Under the pieces are notes generated by a model. That model searched no databases. It worked only from the letters and a program-made list of their open reading frames with translations, and was not told the DNA's origin. Positions 40,701 to 53,612 of a stretch of DNA of 64,000 nucleotides are shown one piece after another. The position numbers and the translations under genes were made by a program. Origin of the DNA: Hormiphora californensis (taxonomy: Eukaryota; Animalia; Ctenophora); NCBI GenBank assembly GCA_020137815.1, contig CM035352.1, positions 7,626,001 through 7,690,000 of the forward strand, in the 5' to 3' direction. The stretch's first letter is position 1; every line of letters begins with the position of its first letter.

Positions 40701-43700
40701 TGACTTGTTTTGCGCGTTCATTATAAATGAACCAATCACATGATCGTATTTCAATCACGTGACAACGCCGCGCATTCAATGACTTTTCGAAAATTCAGCT
40801 CAGTTGTTTTTTCGTTGCGTAAAAAAATCACGCAAAATGTTTTGTTTTTTTACCGTGTGTTAGACAGGAGATCCTCCTTATTGAGACCGAGTAGACCATC
40901 AGGCCTCTTCTCAGACAACTGGTCCACATTTAGAAGGTTCAGTTCACTCAGCGAACCATCCTCCTCGATAAGACGGCCATTCAGCTCACTCCAAAACTCT
41001 CGAATTAGCCTGAAACAACAAGCCGTGTTAGTTAAATCAACCAAATATACATTCAAACAAGTTCATTACCTGAGGACGTATGTTTGATGTTTGCATAAGA
41101 AGTCTGTCGAGTCTTCCATGTCGATCATGTTCTCGATTATGGCGAGGTAGAGGTAGCTGTATCGAGCCTTTTTATCAATCTGGTCGGGTGTCGCCGTTAC
41201 GCTCTCCATTATCAGGTGGAATAACGCTGAAGGGGTAAAGAGATAAACTTTGGGTTTAGCAATTATTGACACAGTTGTAAATCAGCTACCCCAACTCTGA
41301 TCGAATGGGTCATATACGGTCTATCGTCCTCAAAGGGTTTAAAAGAACAGATAAGCAACTTTACATACCTAAGATTTCATCTTCCTTCACATTCAGACTA
41401 AGATTAGTGTTGTCTGTGAATATCTCATCGAGAGCAAAAGCCTTTGCTTGCTCCAATTTCCCTTCGGTGTCAATCTCTTCAACATCATGCACTGACAAGA
41501 TTTCCTTAAAGTGCTCCATAACATTATCTTGTCCCTGTTCCAGTCCCGATACAACAACCTGGAGATAAAATTGTTAGAAAACTACCTGGTTTAAGTTTAT
41601 GGCTGGTTTCTCACCTTCAGCAATCTAAAACTCTCAATCTTTAGATTTAGAAGTTTCTGGTTCACGAAACTGTTAGCTTCGGTTGGCAGGAAAGTGGATG
41701 ATATTGTTGTTTTGTTCGCTAGCACTATCCGTATTATCTCTTGCACGGTACCAAGGTTGAAGACAAATGTTTGCATGGTTCGATTTATGCTGTTATCGTC
41801 ATTGAGACAGGAGTCTCTGAGGCTGTTTAGTGCTACAATCACACTGTCCAATAGATCCTCTCTGAAGGAACAAGAGTTAGTTACAGACCCAATAAGCAGG
41901 ACAAGTACAGGAGTGAGAAGATTGATTTACAAACGGCAACTGTGGTTGTTAGACTTACGAGAGGGGGTCTGTGCTGAGTCGCTTAATGGTCAGAAAATTG
42001 TTTGTTATATCATTCCGCACCCACAGCGACTCCTCCGCTACCATAATCCTTGTCTTGGGCAGCACCCCTAGTAACTTGTGTATGGGAGAGAAGAGGAGGA
42101 CCATCAGCTCAGTGGCTCTAGTTGTCAGATAGTCAGCCTCATAGTTGAGAGTGTCCAGTACGACCTCCATAATGTCAGGGGTCTCGGAGAACAGGTAGAT
42201 GTCAGAGAGGATGTCCTCTAGGAATTCTGTGAATGTGCTGCAATGGCTAGAATTGAGGTCCTCTCCCTGGACTATCTCTGTCACGGCCTCCGGTAGGGTC
42301 ATTATCGGGATCACGTTCTGTACCTGTGGACCGTGGGAAATAGGAAAAAAAGCTCCAGATAAAACTGTCAAACACTTTCAATAACATCACTTTAAAAAAA
42401 CAAGAATTAGGGAACAAGGAGTGGAAATTATTCACTTACAGCATTGGTAATGTTGATTTGGAGCATCTTCTGTTCATTACCACCTGTTAAATCATACAGT
42501 GCAGTATGTAGCGGTGACATAACTTTGATCCAGAACTGTGTTAGACAGTGCCAGAATGCGAGATGAAGTGTTTCCAGAACTCTCTGTTTGATAACATTAC
42601 ACTTCCGGTTTTCAGGCAGGTTCCGGAACCTGATGGAGGTGCAGTGGATGAAATATTAATACGATCACCAACAGTAAATAGATCTTCCAATTGCAATGAC
42701 TATAATAAATGTTGGATTTATTTTAGCACCCCCTACCTGAAGATGGTTCGGAATACAATCAGACTGTTTTCATCTTGATCATCCTCATAGTACTTGTCCA
42801 GTGTGCCATCCAACCATTTTATTAGAGCCTTGATGTACCTGGAAAATTGATGTTTTATTTCTGCTGAGTCAATAACCAAAGTGCAATTTTCAAGAAACAC
42901 ATAGTGGAATTCTGTCTAGATTCCACCCAACGCTTATTCAATTATGCAAGTGTACCCAAATGTGGGTAACTTAATGCAAGATATTAAAATCCTCACCTTT
43001 CAAGTTGGATGGTGCTCATTGTCAGTTGATCCTTCCTGAACATGTACTCAACCAACATAATGGCACTGTTCTTGAACTGATTTATCTCCTCCTCTGCAGT
43101 CACCACGTGGGTATTATTCTCAACATACTTCAACAGCCACTTCTCCAACACGGCATACATGTCACGGGTTGTCTCCTTCCTCTCCAGGGCCCTCTTGTGT
43201 TGATATGACAACATCCGGGGCTCGAAGCTAGGCTCCCTGGTGTTATGGTCGATATGTGCAGCGATCAGGATCCTGATATAAACAGACCGGATTTGGACAT
43301 CAATCTCCTCGTTAGTGATGACATCAATACATTCCGTCTCGCTAAACATGTTGAGATTGTTTACTATCGTCTCCTTGGCCATCATATTCCGTCCATACAT
43401 GAGGTTCCTGATTAGCTCCAGCTGCCCTAGCCACTCCTTGAAGGTGTCTGCGTTGGTTGTCTCGCTTAAATCGACTACTGGGACCCACTTTTGTTTAACC
43501 TGAACACTCACAATACCCCCTGCAGTGTGCTGAATCTTGTACATGCGGGATGCAAAGGCTGCTTTGGAGAAGAGGGCCCCGATGATAATATTCTGGTTAG
43601 CTGTTACTGCCTGCTTTTTACATTTGCACAACTTCCTCAGCACCTTCAGACAGGTCCCCGTACCAAGGTTGATGTAATCCTTGACGAGCCGCTCAGTGAT

Positions 43701-45883
43701 ATCACTACTGATAACAGAGACTAAATTCACATTGTCCCTGATAACGTTGAAGAAGGCGTCCAGTCCACTATCGTTAAAAGCCAGAGCCCTCACCAGCTCC
43801 TGGCCCTTCTCTCCAATACTGCTGTGGGTGTGTTTTACCATGCCTCGGATCAGCACCACCAACCATTCAACAGTCCTTTTGAAACCCACATCCTCTCCCA
43901 TTCGTGGGAGGAGAAGGTGAGCAATGTTGAAGCAGAGATCTGTGATACCCATTGACATGCAGCTCTCATAAACCTCTGTCTTCTTCTTCACATTCTCTAG
44001 GTACCCGTGAATCTCCTGTACTGCACCAATAATTTGTTCCGTGTGGTGAAGAGTCATCTGTCCCTCCTCACACCGCTCCTTTATCACCTTCAACAGGAGC
44101 TTGTACCCGAGGAGTTTGAATAACCGCTGTCGCGTCTGCACATCAATCTTGTGGATGTTCAGAACATCAGTGTGGTCTCTGTGCTCCGTACACACGATCT
44201 TCCTTGTCGTTCCCTCGAGTGGCCCAAAACTAAGCCAAGATTTCCCAGAGAACATTTTCAAACAGTCCCCTGATTTTATATCCAGGCTCTTGATCTTGAT
44301 CAGGGACTTTAAAGAGACATGATCAATCTTTGATGGGAAGACAGCCTTTTTACCGGTGACAAAGTTGGTGAGCGTCACATCTTGTGCAGTACCGCTACCG
44401 GACGATATTTTGATGGGACAGGAATATTTTGCCTTCAGATTTTCCACAACCCAATATCCTGAAGCTGCGAAACTCATGTGTTTTGAGTTGATTTTCTCTG
44501 CTTTTCTCAGCACCAAATCTCCCTCTGCATCCATCTCGAGGAACATGTTGAGTGATTTGTTGTAGAACTGTACTAAATCCCCGCCTAGTACCGTGTTTTG
44601 TGTGAGGGAGGTCTCACTGACTTGGGAGAAGTGCTTGCTTTGGGTCAACTCCTTGTAAAGCTTGATAGAGAAACCGCCACCCTTGGGTCCAATAAACACC
44701 TCCCTCAGACTCGGGTAGAGAGTGCTAACGGGGTTCAAATCTCGAACACTCGTTTCAATAAATCCATCAGGATCGCTGTATAGGTTCACAAAATCCGAAT
44801 GGTTCACCGGGTCACCCGGGTCGTATCCATCCACCGCCGGTAGAATTTTGAAACGGCTATGTTTGCTAGGGTCACAGTCCAGGTAGCATGCAAAGTTTCT
44901 CGCCTCAGTATGAGAGGTTCGTTTGGGCGAGGCTGTCATTATTTTCCCTGAGTACAAGTGGAAGAGCTGGATTGTATGGTCGTATCGAACAACTCGGCCA
45001 ATATAACGGTTCAACCGCTTCTGGTTGTCCTTTTCCTCTCGTTTGTGGTTGTTTTCGAGTTCTAAAATTCGGTTCCAGTTTAACTTTTTTCTCATCAACT
45101 CCTCTTTCAACTCCTCCAATGACTCGTACCTGGGTGTGGATAGAGGATGTTACAGTGAATGCTTATTCAAATAGGCATATTAGTAATAAGTAGTTATTAA
45201 GGATTCTGCAGATCTGATTAGCCAATTAGGCTTGTCAAATCGGAAATAGGACCAAGTATTCACACTACTCGTGGCACGAGTAGTGTGCGGAGAGAAAGAG
45301 AGAGAGGCAATGTCAAAATATGCTGAATGGGTGAGCCGTTAACGCTACTTACTCATATGGAGGCATGATCCGGAAACAGCCACATGTCTTTACACAACAG
45401 AGTTCCTCTGGCATATCTCTGTTGTCCATTGGCATCATAAACATGTTCGACACAGCCTCACTGCTGTAGTAGGAGCCCAGCATCGAACCCACCTATAGAG
45501 AGAGAGAGAGGGGGGGTTAGGGAGATAATTACAATCTGATGTTGTTACCGGTGCGTGGTTATATGTTTCTGAAGAACCTTGAAACGGTCTAGTACAGTAC
45601 ATAAACACTGGGGAGCTATAATTTAGGTGAATATATATTTTGTACATCTGAAAATTCTCAAGAACTATAAAAGAGAGCTCTCCCTTACTTACGATATACA
45701 GTACGTGTACGTGAGGCCTCCTAATATAAAATAGGTGCACCTACAGTATGTACCACTAACCTGAGTGAGAAGGACGGTGTCCCATACAACTAACCTGGGT
45801 GAGAAGGACGGTGTCCCCATACTACTAACCTGGGTGAGTAGGACGGTGTCCCCATATCGCAGATGGGTCTCCTCCTTGCTCAT
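31742..45883 (-). CDS. Divergent inositol 1,4,5-trisphosphate receptor (IP3R/RyR-superfamily) channel, multi-exon
   Basis: N-terminus HLRYGDTVLL; VVRYDHTIQLFHLYSGK; LGGDLVQFY; MCDGQYTEMQNYLRLQ (RIH-associated); GSVEI..LEKVYYPMP; TM6 RLLIDASFWILFTIIGLNVVTSLILDGFRQLK; zinc finger CTVCGL..HVDRDHNMWSY; stop at 31742. Confidence 0.85.
32737..32909 (-). CDS. IP3R pore exon B (candidate mutually exclusive exon)
   Basis: 173 nt, AG/GT bounded: VCVPFAVIITYIYAIIYFSFFRDMFNENKMEYCETLGQCLVTVLKNSLRPSSGGHNY. Confidence 0.85.
32947..33119 (-). CDS. IP3R pore exon A (candidate mutually exclusive exon)
   Basis: 173 nt, AG/GT bounded: FCIPFALFITFAYAIIYDLLLRDSFYNPLMEYCGSFGECFSTVLLKSLRETGGGHNY. Confidence 0.8.
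33472..33563. repeat. 13-bp tandem repeat (AATAAAAGGCTGC) x7
   Basis: Direct reading. Confidence 0.95.
34542..34576. mobile_element. Partial CAGTCGGACC-family MITE (one end only)
   Basis: GGTAAATCGGGGCCCGGTAAATCGGGGTCCGAATG|TA. Confidence 0.55.
36062..36121. repeat. Perfect 60-bp spacerless palindrome in an IP3R intron
   Basis: TTGGCAATCTGTCCATCTGAATTATAACGT|ACGTTATAATTCAGATGGACAGATTGCCAA. Confidence 0.97.
38146..38281. repeat. 12-bp tandem repeat (CACATGATGTCA) x~11 abutting a splice donor
   Basis: Direct reading; donor at 38284-38285. Confidence 0.95.
39258..39291. repeat. Perfect 34-bp palindrome with imperfect outer arms (39236-39303)
   Basis: TTGTTGAGTAAGGGGTC|GACCCCTTACTCAACAA. Confidence 0.95.
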
Positions 45884-47397
45884 TATATCTGCAGTATCAA
45901 TCCATTCTACATCATGCTATAATAACTAGGAGAAGTTACCACAGGAGTATCACCATGATGTGAATTTAGTTATGGACCGGAAAGTAGAAACTAAAATATC
46001 AAAAAGGAATTAGAAGATATAAAAGCACTAAATAAAAGCATTGCCGAGGTCGGGGTAATTTGTTTTCTGTCTCTTATTGAATTTTATAAGAAGCGGATAT
46101 AGTCATTACCGCTCCAGCACTCAAGACGACAGTAGTGGGTAGTTTGCCTTGTACGTCCCCAACTCACACACACACACTGCACTGTTGCAGAGACCGTCAA
46201 TTAGGTGCCGTGCCGCACACACTCACATCCTGGAGCAGCTTTCTGCAGCTAGTGACGCGAATATTCTCACTGCATGCACACAATTCACGGTTGCAGGAAC
46301 GTGATACTAAGTTTAAATGCACACAGTTTATCAACGGCAAACGAACAACGGAAATCAGAATTATTTTTGGGTATGTCTGGTGTCTGCAACATTTTAGTAA
46401 GAAAAAAAGAACACATATGTTGACAGACGGTGATACAAACTAACAGCCGCTACTAGGTGCTCCTTCATAAAACACAACGTATGGGTCACGGTGAGTTACC
46501 TCTTTCTGGTATCAGCTATTGATGGTAGTGACAACAACAGAAAATGATTTGATATATCTCAGTTTGAAAAGCAGAATAAAGGCGTATAGGATGGCACAAA
46601 CCCGTTGCATCTATGCAAATGCGGAGCAACATACGCATGTCATGGGTCAGGGTATTTCAAAATATTCATAGTGTATCCTCTCGGTTCTCAGCTCTCTCTC
46701 TCCTACCTTTGTTACCAGAATCGTAATTTAAATTTCATACACACAATGCAAATTAAGAGAAAGCATGAGAAAATGATGATATGTTTCATTGCAACAGAAA
46801 TGTATTGTGTACCAGACAAGAATAGAAAAGTTGGGAATTTTATGAAAAGTGCAACTCAATTGGTAAGCAATCAAAAAGCAAGCGTTCACTACTGATCAGT
46901 GTACAGGTATCTCGGTATAATGAGATCCAAATAGCAAATGAACTCTCCCAATAGAACTCATGCAGCCCCGACCCCCTTCGGCCCCCTCTCTCATCCTTGT
47001 TGGAGTATGTTGCAAAAGTGAAAGGGCGGTAGATGTGTTACCACTTACCAGCCTTCTTCCTATATCGTAAGAGGACCGCTAAATTGTGTACTATTACTTG
47101 GACGACTATACTGTAGTACTATTTCTGGACCTGAGATTTAAATTAAACACGTACAAACTACAACAAGAAGTTTTGTCACGACATATTAACTTTCGTGAAA
47201 TGTATTTACTATCGATCTTGGACTGCAGTACTGGACTGGGACAAGTTGAGTTACATTTTACTTTCAGTTACTAATACAGCTGTTCGCTTTATCATCTGGA
47301 TATTCAAACGTGACTAAAAGTATAGTGACGGATATTAACATATGCGTATATGCAACTAAGATCAGACGAAGCTGAGAAAGATCGGATGATAGAAAGC

Positions 47398-47740
47398 AGG
47401 TAGAGCGGGTAGGAGAGATACTGATAGTGGGAGAGTCGGAGAGGGGGTAGGAGAGATATAGGAGAGCTACTGATAGTGGGAGAGTCGGAGAGGGGGTAGG
47501 AGAGATATAGGAGAGATACTGATAGTGGGAGAGCGGGTAGGAGAGATACTGATTGTTGGAGAGGGGGTAGGAGAGATACTGATAGTGGGAGAGTCGGAGG
47601 AGTGAGGGGTTAAGAGAGATACTGATAGTGGGAGAGGGGTTAGGAGAGATACTGATAGTGGGAGAGCGCTGAGGGGTTAGGAGAGATACTGATAGTTGGG
47701 AGAGGGGTTAGGAGAGATACTGATAGCTGGGAGAGTAGGA
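47398..47740. repeat. Degenerate tandem repeat, core GGAGAGATACTGATAGTGGGAGAG, about 9 copies
   Basis: Direct reading. Confidence 0.9.
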
Positions 47741-48068
47741 GGAAGTAGGAAGGGTCGGCAAAACGGAGTACAAGAGAGAGAGCTATAAGCAGGGAATGGT
47801 ATAGAGGTATTGAGAGGGAGAGAGGGAGGGAGAGATAGAGAGAGAGATAGAGAGAGACGAGCAAAAACGATGATGACCATTGAGATAACTAGCGCACACG
47901 CACACACCTTCAGAGTGACCATGAATAGAATGGATTGTACCAAGCAGGTTGTTTCTACTGGTCCATCGTGGCTTCAAACACCCAATAGACCCATTATAGC
48001 TATCTTCACAACACCTCTCCTACCTCCATCCCCTCCCTCTCTCTCTCTGATCTCTCTCTCTCTCTCTC

Positions 48069-48100
<32 letters not shown>

Positions 48101-50101
48101 CCTTTCTCTCTGTCTCCCCTCTCTCTCTCTCTCTCTCGGCTCTCTTTATCATGAAACAAGACAGGAAATCAGTGGGGTTCCACGAACGTGGTAGACCATA
48201 ATGCCCACTAACTAGAGTAGCTTGTATCATAATGGGTCCAGTGCAGTGAGAGCTAGTTCATAAAACCATTGGGGGACGTGGCATATGGCACTCAGAGAAA
48301 ATGAATGAACTATGATCCGGCTGGTATTGTTAAGTAGACGATAAAACATATTCTCACTTGTACTTCACAATTAAATAGAAGCTGAAAAAGTAAAGGAGCA
48401 TGAAACATGAGCTGTGAGCGGTTGAGTTTTATGCTACTGCTAATATACAACTATTCCGACTCGATTGTCATGGGTAGTATGAAGATATGGGTCTTGTAAT
48501 TAAAAGTATTCGTATCTATGGAGGATCGGCTGTACATATCCTATGATACATACACTTTGTTCAGATCATTAGTATGGTATATACAAAGGGCCCTTTTTCT
48601 CAGTATACACAGTAAGATAGTAGTAATTTTAAACTGATAGGGCAAATGGAAATTCTAAATGTACCTCGCTTCGTGATCACTGATCGCCACAAGGATATGT
48701 ATTATGTAAAGTATCCAGACCTACATTCATCTCATGTGGATAGTATCTTGTGGTATATAAAGAAACCTATTATCTTGATATAATCAATATGGAGGAGGGG
48801 GACAAGGTCAATATACGTGACGTCGCGAATGCTAAACTAACTATGCAATGAGAAAGTAGATAATGGCCACAATTATTGAAAGAACATGTGTTGTGGATGG
48901 GGGCCAAGTGGGGTGGATGAGAGAGACGAGAGTGAGAGGGGTGAGGAGTTGAGAGAGAGAGAGAAGGACCGGAGGCAGGTCTGGTGAATGTCACTTTCGA
49001 GGCAGAGCTCGGGACGTGCGGACATAGCTTCGGAGGCAGAGGAGAGCCCTGATGGATGTACGGAGATGCGAGTAACGGTGAGGATTAGGGGGAGGAGAGA
49101 GAGGAGAAGGTAGCTGTTTTTAGGGAGAGGGTAAAAGAGAGAGAGAGAAGAGCACGTGAGCTAGTTGGGAGATAACATGAGAGAGCGAAAATGAAGAAGA
49201 GTGAAGAGGACGAGGAAACGGATGAAAAGAAAAAAGGAAGAACGAAGGGAGAGAGACGAAAGAGGGAGAAACGAGAGAGAAGAGAGAAGATAGAGAAAGA
49301 TAGAGAGAGATAGTGAGAGAGAGGATGATGAACAACTTGAAAAAGGGCATCACATGAAAAAAGCCATTCCTCCTCCTGCCCCCAGAGAAAAGCATGCTCC
49401 TTCTTCTTTCTCCCCCCTCTCGTCCTTTGTGAGCATCTGAGGGTTGTTTGATTCAGTCGCGTCTTTGAACACAACGTGACTAAATGAATCCAATCTAAAC
49501 GCTGTAAACTGTGGTCGTTGATCAAGACTTTAAACAAATAGAACGAGATACTGGTTAATTTAAGATGGTCGACGAAAAAAAAATTAACGACGGACGGGTT
49601 AGCGGAAAGACGTGAGGGCGGAAGTCCGGCGTGGAGGGCGTTGGGGGCAGCGTGGGGGAGGGGTGGGGTATGTTCATCCGTCTTCGACCGTCGGCCTTGG
49701 CTGCAATCGTATTTTTCCATACCCTTCTGAACAAACTGCACCATTGAAAACAATTCCGCGGTGCAGTGCAACTTAGTGAGGGACAAAGTTGCTGACACCT
49801 CTTTCCTCATTGTAGAGAGTGGGGGAAAAACACTTTAAATTAGTGTATTGACTCGCTGACACGGGGAAAAGAAAAAGAATGCAGATGAGAGGAGAGAGAG
49901 AGAGAGAGAGAGAGAGGAGATGAGAGAGAAGAGAGAGAGAGACGAGAGGAGAGAGAGAGAGAGAGAGAGAGAGATGAGAGGAGAGAGAGAGAGAGAGATG
50001 AAAGAGGAGAAAAGAAGAGGTTAGAGAGAAAGAGCATAAGGATCAGAGAACTAGCGATATATAGATGTCTATCTTATAGAGCTGCAATAGATATACTCAT
50101 A

Positions 50102-50168
<67 letters not shown>

Positions 50169-51314
50169 CTTTTCCCCCACACTGCATGATGTCTGCATAT
50201 AATGTTTGAAACACGAAAGGAGGAAACACTGTAATTAGAACGACTCTAAATTTCAATGATTCCTGGGACATCCAATTGAGATTGGGAAATTAATTGATCA
50301 AGATTAAAACGATCTCTCGTGGGAAAGTCATGAATAAAAAACAGCTCCTGTCCACACCCATTATAGAGGCGGAGACTGGGAGAGAGGGGGACGAGATTCG
50401 GTCACATACAGACGCATGGTTTTACTTCTTCAATGCTCACACTGCATTCTGTGAGGGTTCGGTAAATCAACTTCTTCTATCTGTATATTATTATATTAGA
50501 CGTCGATCAGTCCCCCAAACTGAAAACAGCAGTATGGATAGAATGTACAATGCGGGTGGCTGACGTGGGACAAATGTCAATTATAATCGGAGATAGAATA
50601 TACTCCAAGTACAAACATTATACGAAGTAGGAACGGAGAGATTAACAACAATGGGAGAATACAAAATGAGTATGTCAAGGGTAAAGAGAGAGTGGAGGAA
50701 GAGAGATAAAGAGAGAGAGAGTGAGAGGGAGAAAGAGAGAAAGGTTGGATCCTGCTGAGAAGGAAGTGGTCAAATGATTAGACCGAACAAATAATTTGAA
50801 TCAAGTTAGCACGTAACAGCAGCCACGTAGGTACAGGACAATAACTCAATTTCACCCACTGCAGCACGCATCTATATCGAACAGCAACTTGGATGTAATT
50901 GTTGCGGTTTCCAGATGGAATTCATGAAACTCATTTGCCGGAATTCGTTATCTCAATTATACTCATTTATTTAGTATTCCTGAAGGAATAAATATTTCCC
51001 ACGGTCCAGGAAATGGGCTCTATTAAGTACAAGTGTGTCTGTATGACGTATGGCGTAGGAACAGGGAATTAGGAAAGTTGACATTGTTAGTGTACGAAAT
51101 ACATTTGCGCGCCGATGTATTGTACACCAGTGTACTGTAACTGCCACAATTCAATAATTCTCCCAACCCCTACAAAATAACGACTTCAGATTTATTAAAA
51201 TCCGCAGCAACAGTTGCTAAACAAGTAAAAACTAAAACACACAAAATATACATCAGCTATAGACATATTCACAGCATTTCAGCACGATATCGACAAAAAA
51301 CACTTTATATTTCA

Positions 51315-53207
51315 TCAATTTGATTGTCCCCTAAGAGATTTTGCACTGGGTACATTCTTCACGGACCCAGTTTCTTCCTTTATAGGTGGCTCTACAGTCT
51401 GTAAAAAGTCCGGTCGACGGAGATTCTTCCTATCAATATACTCTCTGAAGGAAATGGCGCCGTGCATGTAGGTTAGGGTAGAATCCAGTTCCCTGCTTTT
51501 CAGTTTGGCTTCTGAGACAGTGTTCATGGTATCGGCCCTCGGGTCTGAGAGGCCCTGAGGATTGTTCTTGTGTTTCCATAGGTCCACGGGAAGGTACCAC
51601 GCACCGTACTAAAGGAGAGAGAGGGTAGTTAGATTGGCAGGGGGAGGGAGGGACAGAATCAACATTATTGGTAGGGAAGAGATATATTGGAAGGGGATAA
51701 TCTCTCTGTTATCTTGCTGATGTACCTGATGTCTAATCCAATGATTCTGTTTATCCAGATTAACATTATGAGGCGTATCACCTCGCTTTATAGTGAGGTT
51801 CTTCACCCCGTACTGCAACAGGCTGGGTAGATCTGGAGACACCATGGCCCCATTCCTCAACTCCAGTGGGACATCCGATAGTTGGACCACGTGGATTGGT
51901 ACTGACAGGGCGGGTTTAGTTTCATACCCGCTGGCAAACAGACTGAATACTGTGCTTTCTTCGATGTTGTTTTGAGAGGAATCACCACCAAGATCACGGA
52001 CCCAGTCACAGAAATCTTTTGTTACTCGCTGTAAAATAGGGGAAGGTAATTGGATAAGTTGGGAGAAAACAGAGTGACAACTCTGTACGTCAGGACTCAG
52101 ATGGACGTCTGACACTGTGTCCTCACCCCAATAAAGGGACACATAATGGAAACATAATGTGCCCAAGATGGACGCCAGGGGAATGTATAATGTATACCTG
52201 TATTTTGGTGTGTCCAGAGCCCCTTTCCTGGGGACCCGCTGTTGAGCTGTTGTCGTCAAATGGCTCCTCACTGGGGTACCACTTGAAGCAGTTTGCAGTG
52301 TGGGACTTCTCGGCCTGCTCACCACTGGGGAGGGGAGGTAGTGAGTTGGTGAAGTTAGTAGGGGGAGGGGGTGATAGTCAGTGGCCTGGGGGGGGGGGGG
52401 GGGGGGGGGGACGGTGGTCGTGGGAGGAGAGTTGTTGAGTAAGGGGTTAGTTAAAAATTAGTTACCTGTCCTTGCTAGAGTGAGATCTGATTGAATCGAG
52501 TGCCTTCTGTGATGAAGCAGTACCCTCCTCGCTGCCAGACCCTCCATCTTCACTACCACTGCACTCACTGGAGCTGAAATGTCAGAGAGTTAGTGTCACA
52601 ATAATAAAACAGCAGCACACTTGATCTACCGAACCCTGAACTAAAATACGGTGTGAGACACACATAAAGCAATACTTCCCCTCCCAACTACCCCCTCCCC
52701 GATTCCACACAGTAGTCCTACAACTACAACTACAACCACCGACCTATTGTGTCTCATATCAGGATCTAGGTGTCTACAATTTCTTCAAACACGTCAGGTG
52801 CCACTGCCTCTTCATAATGCGGGAACACAGCCAGGGGATGACCAGTCAGACCACTTTCTATCACGTTAATATACTCCATCTGGGCCTTCCTCCGTGGCAC
52901 TTTCCTGTTCATTAATAGCACTGGCAGGTTTTTGGCCATCCAGCGGTGGTAGACGGGGTAGGAGAGCGCCTGGTCTGGTTCCATCTTTCTTGGTTAGGTA
53001 GGGTTGAGCAGACATGGTCTCCCTGGGTATTCCCGTTCTATAATCATCTCCCCCTTCCTTGACAAACAACCAGTTACTAGATAAAAGAGCTCCTGATGGT
53101 TTGCTGGATAGGTACTTTTGTCTCAGACGCTCCGAGTACCATGGGTAGTGTTTGGGGGTCTTTTTAGTTGGTGGAACGGTCCACAAATCGTACTTGTGTT
53201 CAGCCAT
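51315..53207 (-). CDS. FAM47-like protein, 5 exons, two apparent single-base indels in exon 1
   Basis: Exons 52744-53207, 52466-52573, 52198-52324, 51726-52028, 51315-51608; PWY..NWLFVKEGGDDYR, HPLAVFPHYEE, LFASGYETKP, YGAWYLP..LWK, MHGAISFREYI. Confidence 0.8.
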
Positions 53208-53612
53208 TTGACATGCTGTGTGTTCTACAGAGCAAGAGAGAGTTAGTAAGGTGGGAATTGAGAGAGAGTAAGGTGGGAGGTGGGTTAACTGTGTTGCAGA
53301 GCTTGTGAGACTGCGTGTATTTGCAAGCAATGATTGTGCTACTGTTGTCATGGCCACAGTTGATGTTACTACGCGCACGCAGCTACACACATCACAGTTA
53401 TGTAGCCGCGCGCTACGCAAAGTGGGGGACGGGGGATTGAAACAACGATGTGGGACAAAAACGGTTACAATGTACAGTTTTCTACAAAATAATTTACAGT
53501 TTTTCTTGATATGACTTACAAACCAAAAAACACTAACCAAACCAAAAAACATGCAGCGATAATAAGACCCTAAAATCTCTCCTATGAGTGTATAAAAAGT
53601 GTTTTTAATTCT

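Noticed and set aside
42365-42410. Resemblance to a ctenophore spliced-leader sequence (also CAAACAAATTAATT at 16741)
   Set aside because: Only a loose AT-rich similarity to a remembered sequence, with no adjacent GT donor plus Sm site
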